A DNA stretch of 64,000 nucleotides, from contig NW_021835991.1 of assembly GCF_006345805.1 (NCBI RefSeq), positions 1-64,000 on the forward strand, written 5' to 3'. Made by a program: the position numbers and the translations under genes. This document shows positions 36,421 to 48,780 of the stretch, one piece after another (within the stretch, counting starts at the first letter, position 1; each line of letters opens with the position of its first letter). Source of the DNA: Octopus sinensis (Eukaryota). The notes under the pieces were generated by a model, which was given only the letters and a program-made list of their open reading frames with translations, was not told the DNA's origin and did no database searches.

Positions 36421-37236
36421 TTTGTTTTTATTTGAAAATAACAAATTACTTTAGAATTGTGTCTATATGAGCTACATGATATTTTATTCTGTAACGTATC
36501 AAGGTTACCATAGCAACACGTAAAAGCTTCAGGTCACCCATAGGCTTCAAGTTGTCCATGTGACATAATAATTCCAAGATTTCTATTGAAACAAACAAAT
36601 ATTAAAATTGCAAAGTGTCTACAAACTTCTTCTGAAAGAGAAGTTGCAAAAAAATTCAAGATAACAAAGGCACTACTTCCCAAATAAAAAAACATTTCTT
36701 CTTTCATTAATACCGGATCAGTCATTTCAAGGTTAGTTCAAATAGATAAAGTTGAGCAAGTTTCTAATGAAATAAATCAATTTGACTATCAAAGATTAAC
36801 GACGACTTTCTCCTGGAAGCAAATTGAGGAAAATAGAGAAGAATTAGTTGAAGATAAAAATTGCTGGGAAGAAGTCCTGGAAGAAATATAACTGAAGTAA
36901 TATCTGAAGAAAACAAAGATCTATTCAAAAGTCGCTAATTTTATAATGGAATTGGCACAGAGGAAAAAACAACGATATTAGAAACGTATAAAATGATGGA
37001 TAAGTTAGAAAATTTAGCGCAAAATAATCTTTTGAACCACTTTTGGAGAGATCGGCTTTTTTCGAAATTAAGAAATCTCAAAAATGGTTTGAATAAAGAA
37101 GAATCTGTAAGGTGATTTCGTTTTGTGCTTTCTGTCTGGTATAACTCCTTTCAGTAAATATTTCTAGTCCAAAAAATTATTGTTTACGAATCCTCCAATT
37201 ACACCAATCATTGCAAGATGAATGGTCAGATACATT

Positions 37237-37958
37237 ATTATTATTATTTGCAACATACGTAGAATCATATTAGTTATAATTTTACTCGTGCAGCATTAAA
37301 AACAATCCTTTGAACCAGCCTCCTCCAACCTCCTCTGTCGTGAGCGAGTTTCCTCAGCTCGTCCAGATCCTCACCACTCCTTAGCCTTTTCTTCACACAT
37401 TTCAGGTCTCCGTCAAGTGTTTCCGGCAGCGTAACACGTGGACGTCCACGGAAGCTCGATCCCTCTTTCAGGAAGTAGCCCTCCATTGCTATGTTAGCTG
37501 GGCAAGCATGTCCATTCGTAGAATATGGCCAAATAACCTCCACCGCATATTGACGATTTCCACACTCAGAGGGCCAGTTCTGCATTTATTGTATAGCGAT
37601 TCCTGGTTGATTCTTATAGGCCAGTTCAATCCCAGTAGGGATCTAAGTTGCCTGCGGTGAAAGAATCGAGTCCACGTTGTTCAGTACTAGACATTCCCCA
37701 GGTCGCCGAATTATATGTCAGGATTGGTTTGACAAAGGCTTCATACATCCTCAGACGAAGTGACGTACAGAGTCGTCGTTTGCCGATCCACTCTTTCTTT
37801 ATCTTGTTCATCGTGGCCCAAGCGAGAGCCTTTCTTCTGACAATATCATGGCCGTCCCCAAGTAGAGAACCGAGTTTGTTCGTTTTGCGCCAGGCTTCAC
37901 TTGAGCTGCTCTCCATCCTCATGAGCTGGTCAGATACATTGCGGCTTCACTTGAGCTG
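37237..37958 (-). mobile_element. RTE-like LINE, 5'-truncated, (TAA)n tail
   Basis: KLGSLLGDG..YEAFVKPILTYNSATW..RWRLFGHILR. (ATT)n at 37237-37247. TSD TGGTCAGATACATT at 37223-37236 and at the 5' junction. Confidence 0.85.
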
Positions 37959-37986
37959 GTCAGATACATTGCGGATTTAATTGACT

Positions 37987-38915
37987 CAAAACTGTTCAAA
38001 ATACAAGACCACATTGTCAATACGAACAGGTTCTGTTTTGGCTACTTCGAGTATAAGCCTCAAAACATGGTTAGATATTTTGTATAGGTGAAGCAATGAA
38101 GAATCAATTGTTATGATTAAAAAATCACTGACTGTATCACCTCCAACACTTATAGAAATTTTTAAAACCATTAGAAAATGTATTAACAGACTTTGAAAGT
38201 AATCCCGTAAAATTGGGTGGAGAAAATGTAGTCTGCCAAATCGATGAAAGTCTCTTTTGTCATAAACAAAAGTACCATCGGGGTAGACTAGCTAATTCTC
38301 AAGTGTGGGTATTCGGTATTGTTGATACCTCATTTTCACCGGCAAAAGGTTTTATGCGAGTGATTCCAAATCGATCAGGGCCACTTTAAAACCAATTATC
38401 TGTGAAGTGATTCTGCCAGGATCAATTATCCATAGTGATGAATGGAGGGCCTATTCCAATTTGAATGTTTTTGGGTATGACCACGCTACTGTAAACCACT
38501 CAATTAACTTTATTGAACCAACCACCGGTGTTCATACCCAACATGTGGAGTCCTATTGGAATAAAAACAAATTGCGTTGTAAGAAAATGAAAGGTGTCAA
38601 AAAGAATTTTTACAAGACTACCTAAACGAATTTGTGTGGCGTGACAACGTAATTGGTGATCCTTTTGAAAAGTTAATGGAGCTTTTGAAAAATTATTATG
38701 TTGTTCAATAAACTTGTTTCTAAAGTATAGTATTTATTTATAAATTTGATTTTTAGTTTTACATTATTTTAATGTTTTCGTCGAATGTTTGACATGTATA
38801 AATTTAGGGGCGTTTGTTTAATATGTGTAAATTTAGGGGCGTTTGTTTAATATGTATGAATTTAAGGGCGTTTGTTTGATATGTGTAAATTTGGGGCGTT
38901 TTTTTAATGTGATCC
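37987..38915 (+). mobile_element. Merlin (ISXO2/IS1016-like) DNA transposon, left end lost
   Basis: VCQIDES, KYHRGR, WVFGIVD, IIHSDEWRAY, VNHS, HTQHVESYW, YLNEFVWR. Confidence 0.85.
38800..38910 (+). repeat. Four 29-bp tandem repeats, subterminal to the Merlin end
   Basis: AAATTTAGGGGCGTTTGTTTAATATGTGT units starting at 38800, 38829, 38858, 38887. Confidence 0.85.
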
Positions 38916-39362
38916 AAAACATGTACGTGGGAGGCCTCATGCTCCTTTGATACAAGGGTAAGTCGAGAGGTTAATGATTTAAAATCGATTTGTAGATTCA
39001 ATCAAAGCATAAAACGCTGGATATCGTCGGCAAGTTCTTCTCGAAAATGTTTTGGACGATATTTCCCATTTTATATATTCATGGGTGTTGAAAATCCTGG
39101 AAGGATTGATGAAGCGGAAATTTAGCAACTTATAGCTTATGATTCGACAGGATTATCAAATGTTCGATAAAGTGCATTAGAAAATTTAATAATTGCTGAC
39201 GAAAAAAAAGTTTAAAAAAGAAATTATCATAAAAATAAACATTACACACAGCAAGATTTATCTCTTTACAGTGCAACCCCTTATTGGGCGACCCCGGACG
39301 TGGGGCACCCTCGGGTTTTGGGGCAATTTGAATTTCTATTATGAGTTTTTCTGTTTATTCTT

Positions 39363-41012
39363 CCGAATCTCTAGAGCCATGAATAAACAAGCCTCTATTT
39401 CGGCCATGTGGACGATGCTGAGACGCTTAAAGAATCCTGACGAGCGTAAAACAGAAACATACCAGCTCAATCTAAACAATTTTATGAAACACTGTGTCAA
39501 GATTAGTCATATTCCTTATAAAAAAATGAACTCACAGCCAAGATTAGAATCAAAGCCATCCAAAAGGCCCCCGACGACTTATTTTCTTCCTGAAGAGGTG
39601 TCTGAAACCATCTCGAATCAGAAGAAAACAAACTCATGTGGACCAAATGGAATTCCACTTATTCTACTAAAACCCTTGGGCCCAGTTTCAATAAATGCTT
39701 TAACCACGATCTATAACACATCATTATTCACGAACTCTATACCGAACTTATGGAAACTATCAAAAATCCGGCCAATATTAAAACCTGGAAGAGGGAAAAA
39801 TGACCCCGGCTCCTATAGATCAATATCCCTTATATGTGTGCTGTCAAGAATCTTGGAAAAACTGGTCCTAAAACATATTCGCCCTTTCCTCCTACAATCC
39901 ACATTCCAACATGGATTCAAGGAAGGATTGTCAACGACCTCCTTCCTCACCACACTAACAAATTTCATAAATGAAGGACACAAAAAGAAGAAATTGCAGG
40001 AGAAATCAATTGTATACACTATCGACATTCAAAAGCGTTTGACTCCGTCTCAAAGAAGATCCTAATTCAAAAGATATTTGGTACACAAATTTGTACACCT
40101 ATGAAGCTATGGATAGCAAATTTTTTGAGCGGACGTCGTGGGAAAGTGTGCGTCGGGAACGAGAGTTCAAGATCACGCTTATTTCCCAATGGTGTACCCC
40201 AGGGTTCTCCTTTATCCCCGACCCTCTTCAACTTGTTTCTGAATGATCTCCCGGTTCCTATGGATAATAATGACATACTACTCTCCTATGCCGATGACAT
40301 AGTTGTCGCATCTAGGGATGTAAATGTCGAATACGCGAAGGAAAGACTACAAAGAATACTGGACGACTTATATGGATGGCTATATGAAAACAGACTACAT
40401 GCATGTTCCGAAAAGTCAGCAGTCACTCTATTCACGAAAAACAGGAAAATGGGGACGAAAACTATTGAAGTCACGCTGAATGGAGTCCCAATACCACAAA
40501 AGAAAAACAGAAGATATTGGGTGTAACGTTTGATATTTTCCTCTGTTTTTCACCTCATGTTGAATCGATTGTGTCAACCTGTATAAAGAAAATCAATTTT
40601 GTGAAAGCCTTCCTTTGGAACTGTGGGAGAGCTTATCCGCCAGGGGTAGAGACCCTTTACAAGCAGTATATCGAGCCAACAATAGGCTATGCATGTGCTG
40701 CTTGGGGCTGTAACCTGGCGGCAACGAACCAACTAAAAATCGAAAAAATCCAAGAAAAATCTATAAACCTACTGAAGGACCATACCGACAGGAAAATTGT
40801 CCATCAAACACTGGAGTCTCTCGTAGAGGCAAATGGGGGGGATCGTGGAGATGGACCACAAAAATTTCACCGTACATACAGAAAGTGTGTGGGGTCACGG
40901 TCTGAACATCGTGAAAAGATAGCTCGACTGTTGAGAAGTGTCGGAATCACCTGAACACGTTAGTTAATGGTTAAGACGGTGATTCTGTTTTTTGGCTTAA
41001 ATGTTTTTTGGC
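39363..41012 (+). mobile_element. Family-B RT copy, 5'-truncated, two frameshifts, 32-bp flanking direct repeat
   Basis: ORFs 39193-40065, 40101-40526, 40517-40954 (GPNGIP, YRSISL, QHGFKEG, GVPQGSPLSP, YADD, ..LLRSVGIT*). Repeats at 39331-39362 and 41013-41044 match 31/32. Confidence 0.92.
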
Positions 41013-41077
41013 AATTTCTATTAGGAGTTTTTCTGTTTATTCTTTATAAGATAATCCCCGTTATGGGGCATTTAATA

Positions 41078-41762
41078 TGTCACATGCCCCACGCGTTACC
41101 ATTGCTCTAAATTTTTAAAATTTCAATTAAAAATATTTAGATGATTGAAATATATTTACTTATTAATTTAAAAATTAATAATATTATGGATTTTATTTTT
41201 TCAATGCTTAACCATTAAAATTAAAAAACAATAAATTAAGCATGCTGTTTAATGTCGGGGTTAGGGCTAGGGTAAAGGTTAGGGTCAGGATTAGGGTTAG
41301 GATTAGTGTAAAGGTTAGGGTTTGAAAAAATTTGAAAGTGCTTGTTGTGATACTGTCACGATCAAATCAATCTTACCTAATAACCGCGTTAATGTAGAAT
41401 TTTCAAATGGAGATACAAAGATAGTTTACAAGAAATGAATCAAATAAAGGACAAAATAATTAATTTTAAATTTTATAAACTATCAAATTATGTTACTTTA
41501 AAGCTTTTCACACAATTCACATTATTTAAAGTATGTTTTAATGTCCGTAGCAGTCATAATGTTTTGTTGTATTAAAAATATTATTTTAATTTATTTATTT
41601 TAAAGCATCTTTTAGTATATCATTAAATTGTACTCTAATTAACTTTATATATAATTTGAATTTTATGACCTTATGATTGATTTTTTAATTTTTCTAAAAA
41701 ATGAAAAATCATATTTCTCAGAGGTAACGAGTGGGGCATAGTAATCGCAGAGGCATGTGACA
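41078..41762. mobile_element. MITE with TGT...ACA ends, TAATA TSD and internal TTAGGG-like tract
   Basis: TIR TGTCACATGCCCCACGCGTTACC; the right copy has a 17-bp insert. TAATA at 41073-41077 and 41763-41767. Confidence 0.78.
41256..41323 (+). repeat. Degenerate telomere-like (TTAGGG)n tract
   Basis: GGGGTTAGGGCTAGGGTAAAGGTTAGGGTCAGGATTAGGGTTAGGATTAGTGTAAAGGTTAGGGTT; about 11 hexamer units. Confidence 0.8.
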
Positions 41763-42269
41763 TAATATTATATATTTTTTAGTTATAATTTTTGAATTTT
41801 ATTTTATAATAACTAATAATAACGTGTTTCTGTTGTTATGCCGAAGAGAATTTCTGTCAAAGACAAATTAGAGATTGCAAAGGCTTTAAAAACGAAAAAT
41901 ATGTCTGAAAAACAAGTTTTAAATAAATTCAAGACAAGCAAAGAAACTATTTCTAGAATCAAACGAGAAATATGTAATTTTGATGGATGTGAAGGTTCTG
42001 AGGGCTTCAGAGAACCCGATGATAGTGATAAACATTCATTTCTCGACAAGGTCGTTTTTACTTCATTTCAAAAGTAATAATTAAGTTGCATAAATTTCTA
42101 TAGATTAAGAAATGATAATTTAGTAGTTTCCGGACCATTATTACAATCTACTGCCAAGAAAGCAGCTCAAATTTTAAATTTACCAGAATTTAAAGCTTCC
42201 AATGGATTGCTTGATCGTTTTAAGAAACGGCATCAACTTTTTTTTAAAACAATTTCTGGTGAAAAAAAG

Positions 42270-42512
42270 GTGTCTACTGACAAATCCGCCCTACTCAGAC
42301 TATTGGAGATTGCACCGGATAAACTTGGAGAATGGTTCTTAATCATGAACACGGACAAGACTGACGTGGTCGAAGTATCACGCTCGGATACCCAAACTAT
42401 GGAAAAATGGAGACTTTCGAAGAAGCTTGGCTCTCTGCTTGGAGACCGAGAAGACATCATGCGGAGAAAGCTACTGGCCGCTGTTGCTCTAAAATCCGTC
42501 ATGAAAGATTGA
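42270..42512 (+). mobile_element. RTE-like fragment inside pogo
   Basis: KKLGSLLGDREDIMRRKLLA, paralogous to 37626-37922. Confidence 0.7.
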
Positions 42513-43162
42513 CTACGATATTGCCCCGGAAACGCATTATATGACGGAGTTATAAAATGTCAATCTATCAAGGAACTAATTTTTTCAATTAATGCAATGG
42601 AAGATGGCATTTTTCAGCATGCCCAGAGATATTAAATAAATTTTATAATTTTAAGAAGTTGACAATTGATCGATTAAATCAAAAGTACAAATTCGGAGCG
42701 AAAATAACGGATCATTTCCCGGCAAGTAAAGACTAAAATTGTTAAATGAAATTAAAAATAAACATCTTTTGGTTTTAAATTTACAAAACGTTAGTTTTTT
42801 CGTTAATATTACAAAACCCCTCTATCTGGGAAACCCCTGTTTTTGGGGCACTAGGTGCCCCAAAAAGAGGTTAGACTGTATTTCAAAACAAATCTAGGCC
42901 TTTTTGCATAATCTGCAAAATTTCTTTGGCGAATAGTTCAATGAAATTATCAAGATTAATACACCATTTGAGAACTAGACATCTAAATCTAGTCGGATCT
43001 TCGTTTGAATATTTTCAAAATATAAAAAACAAAATTGATGAACCTACAACTTCAAAAGTTACTCACTCATCGTGCTCTTGTGCGAAAAAGGTTGAGAATC
43101 AGTTTTAGCTTATGATTCGACAGAATTATAAAATGTTCCATAAAGTGCATTAGAAAATTTAA

Positions 43163-44959
43163 TGTGACAGTCCGAATAAAATACACGCCGAATAATCTAC
43201 ACTTGTCACAAATGGCTGAAAAAATTAGAAATCTAAAAATTAGTATGAAAAAAATCAATAATTGATTATTTATTTTAGTAGAATCACATTATTATTTTTT
43301 ATTTAAAAAAGCGTGAAACATGCGTGTAGTGAGATTATTTAAGGAAACACTGGACAAAATCAAAGAAATGAAAGACTCCAACTTTGATACATCGTCAATC
43401 GAGCGGCATGAGCGATACAGGCTCACAAAATTGGGAAAGAATTTCCATTTTGAAAATGGAAAAACATATTTTCGAAAAAATGGGCTTAAATTGCGTTTTT
43501 TCTGTGAAGATGAAATCGAATTAAAGCTTAAGTGCGTTGAGGTCCAACTTAATAAATAAAATTTAGGCGGAACATAACTATAACCACTTTGGGAGAGACC
43601 GGCTTTTTTCGAAATTAAGAAATCTCTATTATGGATTGAATAGAGAAGAAATCTCTAAGGTGATTTCGAATTGTGCTTTCTGTCAGGTAATAACTCCTTT
43701 TAGTAAATATTCTTAGTCGAAAAAATTATTGTCTACGAAGCCTCCGATTACGCCAATCATTGCAAGGAGATGTAGGGACAGATACATTGCGGATTTAATT
43801 GACCTCAGAAGATATTCGGCGTTGAATGATGGCTTTAGCTGGGTATGAATTTAATGTTAATAAATAGATTTTGGTAATTGTGGATTCTTTTTCCAAATAT
43901 GTAATGCTTGAACTGTCGGTGACCAAATCTTCTGAAGAAATCGCAGATTTATTCCAAAGAATTTTTTATTATGTCGGGCCTCCGCTTATTCTACACACTG
44001 ATAATGGAAGGGAATTTTGCAATTCGCAAATGGATGCTCTATGTACGAAATATGGTATAAAACATGTACGTGGGAGGCCTCGTGCTCCTTGGGTACAAGG
44101 GCAAGTCGAAAGGTTAATGATTTAAAATCGATTTGTAGATTTAATCAAAGCATAAAACGCTGGATATCGTCGGCAAGTTCTTCTCAAAATTGTTTTGGAC
44201 GATATCGCGAATGCATAAAGGACATCGTGTATGATTACAATAACAGCATTCATTCTTCGACAAAAAAATCCCTTTTTATATATTCATGGGTGTTGAAAAT
44301 CCTGGAAGGATTGATGAAGGGGGAATGGAGCAACTTTTAGCCTATGATTCAACTGGATTATCAGAGGCACGAGAAAGTGCATTAGAAAACTTAATTATTG
44401 CTGGCGAAAAAATGATTGAAAAAAGAAAATGGAGATACGACGAAGAAAATATCAATGTCGGAACGACTGTGCTTTTAAGGTCTCAAGCGTCAAATTAATT
44501 TTTAGACAGGACAACGATGCCAATGTTCGGCAGTATCCGCTGTACGATGGACTTGATGTTAATAAGTATATTGTTGTCGAGCGAAGAAATGATCTCTATG
44601 TTATCGAAAAGGAGGACGGTGAGCGGTTACACGGAATTCATATTTCTCGATTAGCTAAAATTGATTAATTTTCATAAATCCATAATAAAAATAATTTTTT
44701 ATTTAAATTAACGATAAATTTTATATGAAAATTTTATTAGGATAACCTAAAATGGAATAACAATATTCAAACGTATAAGTTAACTGCGTAAATTGAGTGT
44801 GGTTGGTTTTGTTTATATAAATTAGTAAAAAAGGTTAATGAATTTTACATTAAAAATCATATTTTTAATAATAATTAAACATTTTGTTGTGTAAATTTTT
44901 AATTTCAGTAAAATTAAAGAATGTAATTATTCGGCGTGTATTTTATTCGGACTGTGACA
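43163..44959 (+). mobile_element. Ginger-like DNA transposon, near-intact; integrase gene 43320-44668 with five micro-introns
   Basis: 34-bp TIRs TGT(G/C)ACAGTCCGAATAAAATACACGCCGAATAAT. Spliced ORF has H..H..C..C, YIADLID, IVDSFSKY, HTDNGREF, QGQVERFN. Introns 43542-43566, 43687-43716, 43843-43867, 44113-44138, 44480-44505. One frameshift in an A7 run at 44262-44268. Confidence 0.9.
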
Positions 44960-46529
44960 AAAAATTATCATAAAATAGACATTACATACAGCATGATTTA
45001 TCTCTTTATTTCAATGTCTCTCTGGGCTGCATAAACAAAATTCTGAATAAACTGAAAACTCGACAAGTTAACAAAATTAAAAAATTCCAGTCGGAAATGT
45101 AAACCAAGCGAAATTGGACAAAAACAAAGATGGAAAATCAGATTTCCAGTAAAATGTTAACATTTGAATTTTATGCACATAGGGGCGGCCAAAGTTAAAA
45201 TAAAGCATTTCGGAACACAAATTGAAAAGTCAATATTTTACAAAAATTTAAGAATTATGAATAATAAAGAGATTAAAAAGTAATATTTTACAAAGATTTA
45301 ATCAAATTTTGATCAAAACAAAAAATGCAAGAAAATAAAGTTGATGAATCATGAAATATCAATAAAATGAATATATACAATAGAAAAAAAATCAATTAAA
45401 AAGATGCATTCAATTGAGATTAAACTAGTAAGACAATAGACACAAATTAACTGGTAAAATAACTTTTTTCAAGGTATTCTACATGTACCCAATATTTAAT
45501 CAGCAATAAAATGCATATAGAAAATTATACTTTAAAAAATTTTGAATAAAAAGTAATAATCAACGTACAAAAACAAAACAAACACAACAACAGGAAAGCG
45601 TGCAGAACACGCTATTGATAATAATTCGATATTTTTATTTATTTAAAAAATAAATATTTTTAGAAAATATATAAGTTATAATTCGATAATTGATTATATA
45701 ACTTGATTGTTGAAAATCCTATGAATAGAATTGTTTTTATTGTCCAAAAAACTAAAACGTAACGAACAAGGAGAAATCGTTAACGGAAGATAAAAACAAA
45801 ACACCGAAGTGTCTCTTTCAGTGTATACGCCAAGTATTGTGTTCAAACACAGGTTTTCTTCAGGACCATCGGGATTGTGGCCGCAGAAGATACTTGAGAG
45901 TCTTCAAACCTTCCTCAAGTTGTCTCCGTAAGCCAATTTCAATACGAAACGTTTTATCTTTTCCAACTACAGTGAATACCCCCAAATTCGCCAATTCTTA
46001 GATTAGCCTTTTTTAAAAAATTTTAGTTTCAATGGAGATTCGCCAATTCTGAAATTCGCCACAATTTTTTAAAATTTTTAAATAAAAAATAAAAAAATAT
46101 TGATAAATAATACATTTTTAAAAAGCATGCTCACGGTGGGTTTAGTACTACAGTCTAACCCCGGGGTGGGGCACCAAAGTGCCCCAGAAAGCGGGGGTGC
46201 CCTTCTAAACAAGGAGTCTGATTCAAACTACTGAATTATTTTTCAGCGACTTTAATTACACATTTATATCTAAGATTCCTTGTAATGGCATATCTTAAAT
46301 AGACGTCAATAACAGTTAACAACCACAAAAATTGATCATCGTTATTTACAAACCTTGAAAACTAAAGTTAACTGAAAAGGTTAGATGCTAGCTAGTGTGG
46401 GTGGCTGAAAGAGTAGTCGAGAGCCTAAGGGTCACTCCAACAACTCCGCGCTGCGTATTGAATAATAGTTTTGCGGAGCACGGCGACCGATATTCGCTGA
46501 AAAAGCCAGCTCGTCTCCCCCCGAACGTA

Positions 46530-48060
46530 AAAAACCTTGAAAATAACACAATTTTATATTTTTAGATTAATCAGAAAATCTGAAACCTCTAATTCGGTAC
46601 ATCCACGAAAATATGACTTACGTCGTTATATTGTTTTGGTCGGACTGCAGAGTGGCATTCATCGCAGTCTCTTACCACCAGACGAATAATATTTCTTTTA
46701 GCAAAACAAAATGGTTTTCTAAACAATTCTTCTAATGCATTGTGTCCACAATAATTAGCGTCGTAAATCTCTTCTTCAATTGTTTGCATCTTCTGTTTGT
46801 TGGTTGAGGTAATAACAAGCCTGTGAATAGATAAAGAATCTTAGAGATAGAGCTTTTCGTCTATTAAAACAAATTTTTTAGCCTTCTTTGTTAGTTTATA
46901 CACCAAGAAGTTGATATATTCAGTTCTTGTCCTTCGATCATGGATTTTATTATGTTGTACTCTTTAGTATTTTTTATGATAAAACGATTAATGTGATCGT
47001 TTATTGCTTATATTGTCAAAAATTGAAAATTAATCTCTATTAGTAAAAATCAATGCTATAACTTATCGAAAAATTAAATTAATATAAATGCGAAATTCAT
47101 CAATTTAGATTTTTTAATTCAAAAAAGAAAGAAAATTTAATTTTTTAGAATGGTTGACCTGATTTGAGATTCGAAATTTTCCGACCTCGTTAACATTATT
47201 TTGTGTTATAAAGTTTGTATTATTGACCCTATAGAAAAGGAACGAAATCATAACGTATCTTAAAGATGGTTTATTGCCAGATGGAGTGACTCAGAATCAG
47301 AATGAGTCGAATTCTAGGAGGACTACATCATTATTCATATTGTCCGACTCCAAGAAAGACGTAGTGTATTTTAAAACATATGGGATATTATTACGAACCT
47401 TCGTTTTCGAAGAAGTAGATGAAAATAAAATGTTTGTCGATAATCTCGATCCAAAAAATGGATATCATGGACGAGACAAACTGCTTTTTTTTCTTAAAGA
47501 TACTGTTTATGGATCTTACAGAAATGAGGTTATGTCTTTTCAAATCCTGTTGCCAATGTCAAGCGAAAAACATTATAAACACCGGGCCGGCAATTAAGCC
47601 CATAAGAGCCTATAGCGTGAGAGAAGGTATCACTATTTGGTCTTATATTAGATATATTTTTGATATAATGGATTTACGTCATTATGCACATGAGAACGAA
47701 AATTACCCATGGTTTTTGGTTGGATTCGATTCATTCTCGAAGTTTAGTTGGACGTCACCGTTATTGTCCAAATCAGCTATGGAAGTGTCCAAAGCAATAA
47801 AAAAATTTATTCGCAGAATTTGATTTATCCAACCTGGATAAAAAATGACGTAGAGGACTAAATGGCTTGGACATGGTATACTACAAGGACAACGGCTTTA
47901 CAGTACTCAGATGTGACGAAACAGAAAATGCTTAAAAAATATGTGGAAAAATGACATCTGTGTATTCAAAATTGGGGACAAGGTTTTGTCAAGAGTTAGA
48001 ACCGACACGAATAAAAGAACGCAGAAGCGTGAACACTTCTAAATGAATATATGGATATGA
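46530..48060. mobile_element. Two divergent decayed Ginger-like integrase fragments (46530-47195 minus, 47230-48060 plus)
   Basis: HNALEELF..CDEC (minus) with TGTTAAC terminus at 47195; HGRDKL..CCQCQ and LVGFDSFSKFSW (plus). Confidence 0.65.
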
Positions 48061-48229
48061 CGATATATTGTGTCAAATGATTCTCACAATGGAGTCTGAA
48101 AATGGCTCTCTTATTCAAGAAGATTGCAGAGAATTGGCCAGTTCATAAACCAATTAAAAAAATATGTCTTTTTGATCTCTCAGTTTTTATTCATTTAAGT
48201 TCCCCATTATTATCTGGAGTTTCAAATAT

Positions 48230-48780
48230 CAGAAAAAATGGTCGTAGAATGGTTCCGTAAGCCCGAGATTCGTTGTTATAAATGCCAATTCTACGGCCAT
48301 ATAGCACGTTTTTGTAAAGCAGAAGTAAAATGCTTGTGGTTACTAATGCCCAAATCCGAAAGAAATCACGAAACTTTTCATCAACTGTGGGTCATCAGAA
48401 CATTGGACTATTTATGGAGGCTGCCCCTCAGTGAAAAATAACAAAAATACAAAAGCCAATCCACCTTCTGATTCCGGATTGTATACGATCTCTAAAAAAG
48501 CCTAAAACATGACCTCAGTTCGGAAGAAACAGCAAACTGTGACTCCAGTTTGGAACGATCGTCTTCCAACAGAAATCTTTAAAAGCAGCGTTTCTATTGA
48601 AACCCAAACGGATGAACCTATGAACGCAAAATATAATGAAAACTATACTCAGTCTAAGGTTAGGGTTAGGGATACACACTTTTCGATTTTGAATACTTCT
48701 CTGCAGGGAAGAACAAACTATGTCATGAATTATTCGGATATTCATGACATAGAAAATTGCTTTAAACATGCATTTTCTAA
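48230..48780 (+). mobile_element. LINE ORF1 (gag-like zinc knuckle) fragment
   Basis: RCYKCQFYGHIARFC followed by degenerate further knuckles. Confidence 0.65.

Larger units (their letters stand above)
36960..39200 (+). mobile_element. Decayed Ginger-like copy interrupted by RTE and Merlin insertions
   Basis: 36990-37222 and 38916-39200 align by eye to 43580-43790 and 44060-44400 of the intact element, including intron-like segments. Confidence 0.75.
39269..42878 (+). mobile_element. pogo/Tigger (CENP-B HTH) element with nested insertions, inserted at TA in a hAT fragment
   Basis: Imperfect TIRs CAGTGCAACCCCT / AGAGGTTAGACTG with TA flanks. HTH 41838-42270 (VSGPLLQ..FKASNGLLDRFKKRH..ISGE). 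A hAT reading frame (FISLFQNKSRPFCIIC..LANSSMK) rejoins across the insertion. Confidence 0.8.

Noticed and set aside
38800-38910. 29-bp repeats considered as a CRISPR array
   Set aside because: Repeats are directly adjacent with no spacers, the context is eukaryotic, and they sit at a Merlin terminus.
44262-44268. Single frameshifts in A-runs (Ginger, SMC2, family-B RT) as programmed frameshifting
   Set aside because: Homopolymer indels are more simply explained by mutation or sequencing error; no stimulatory structure is evident.
48657-48670. GGTTAGGGTTAGGG, telomere-like
   Set aside because: Only two units, inside a LINE ORF1 remnant; expected by chance.
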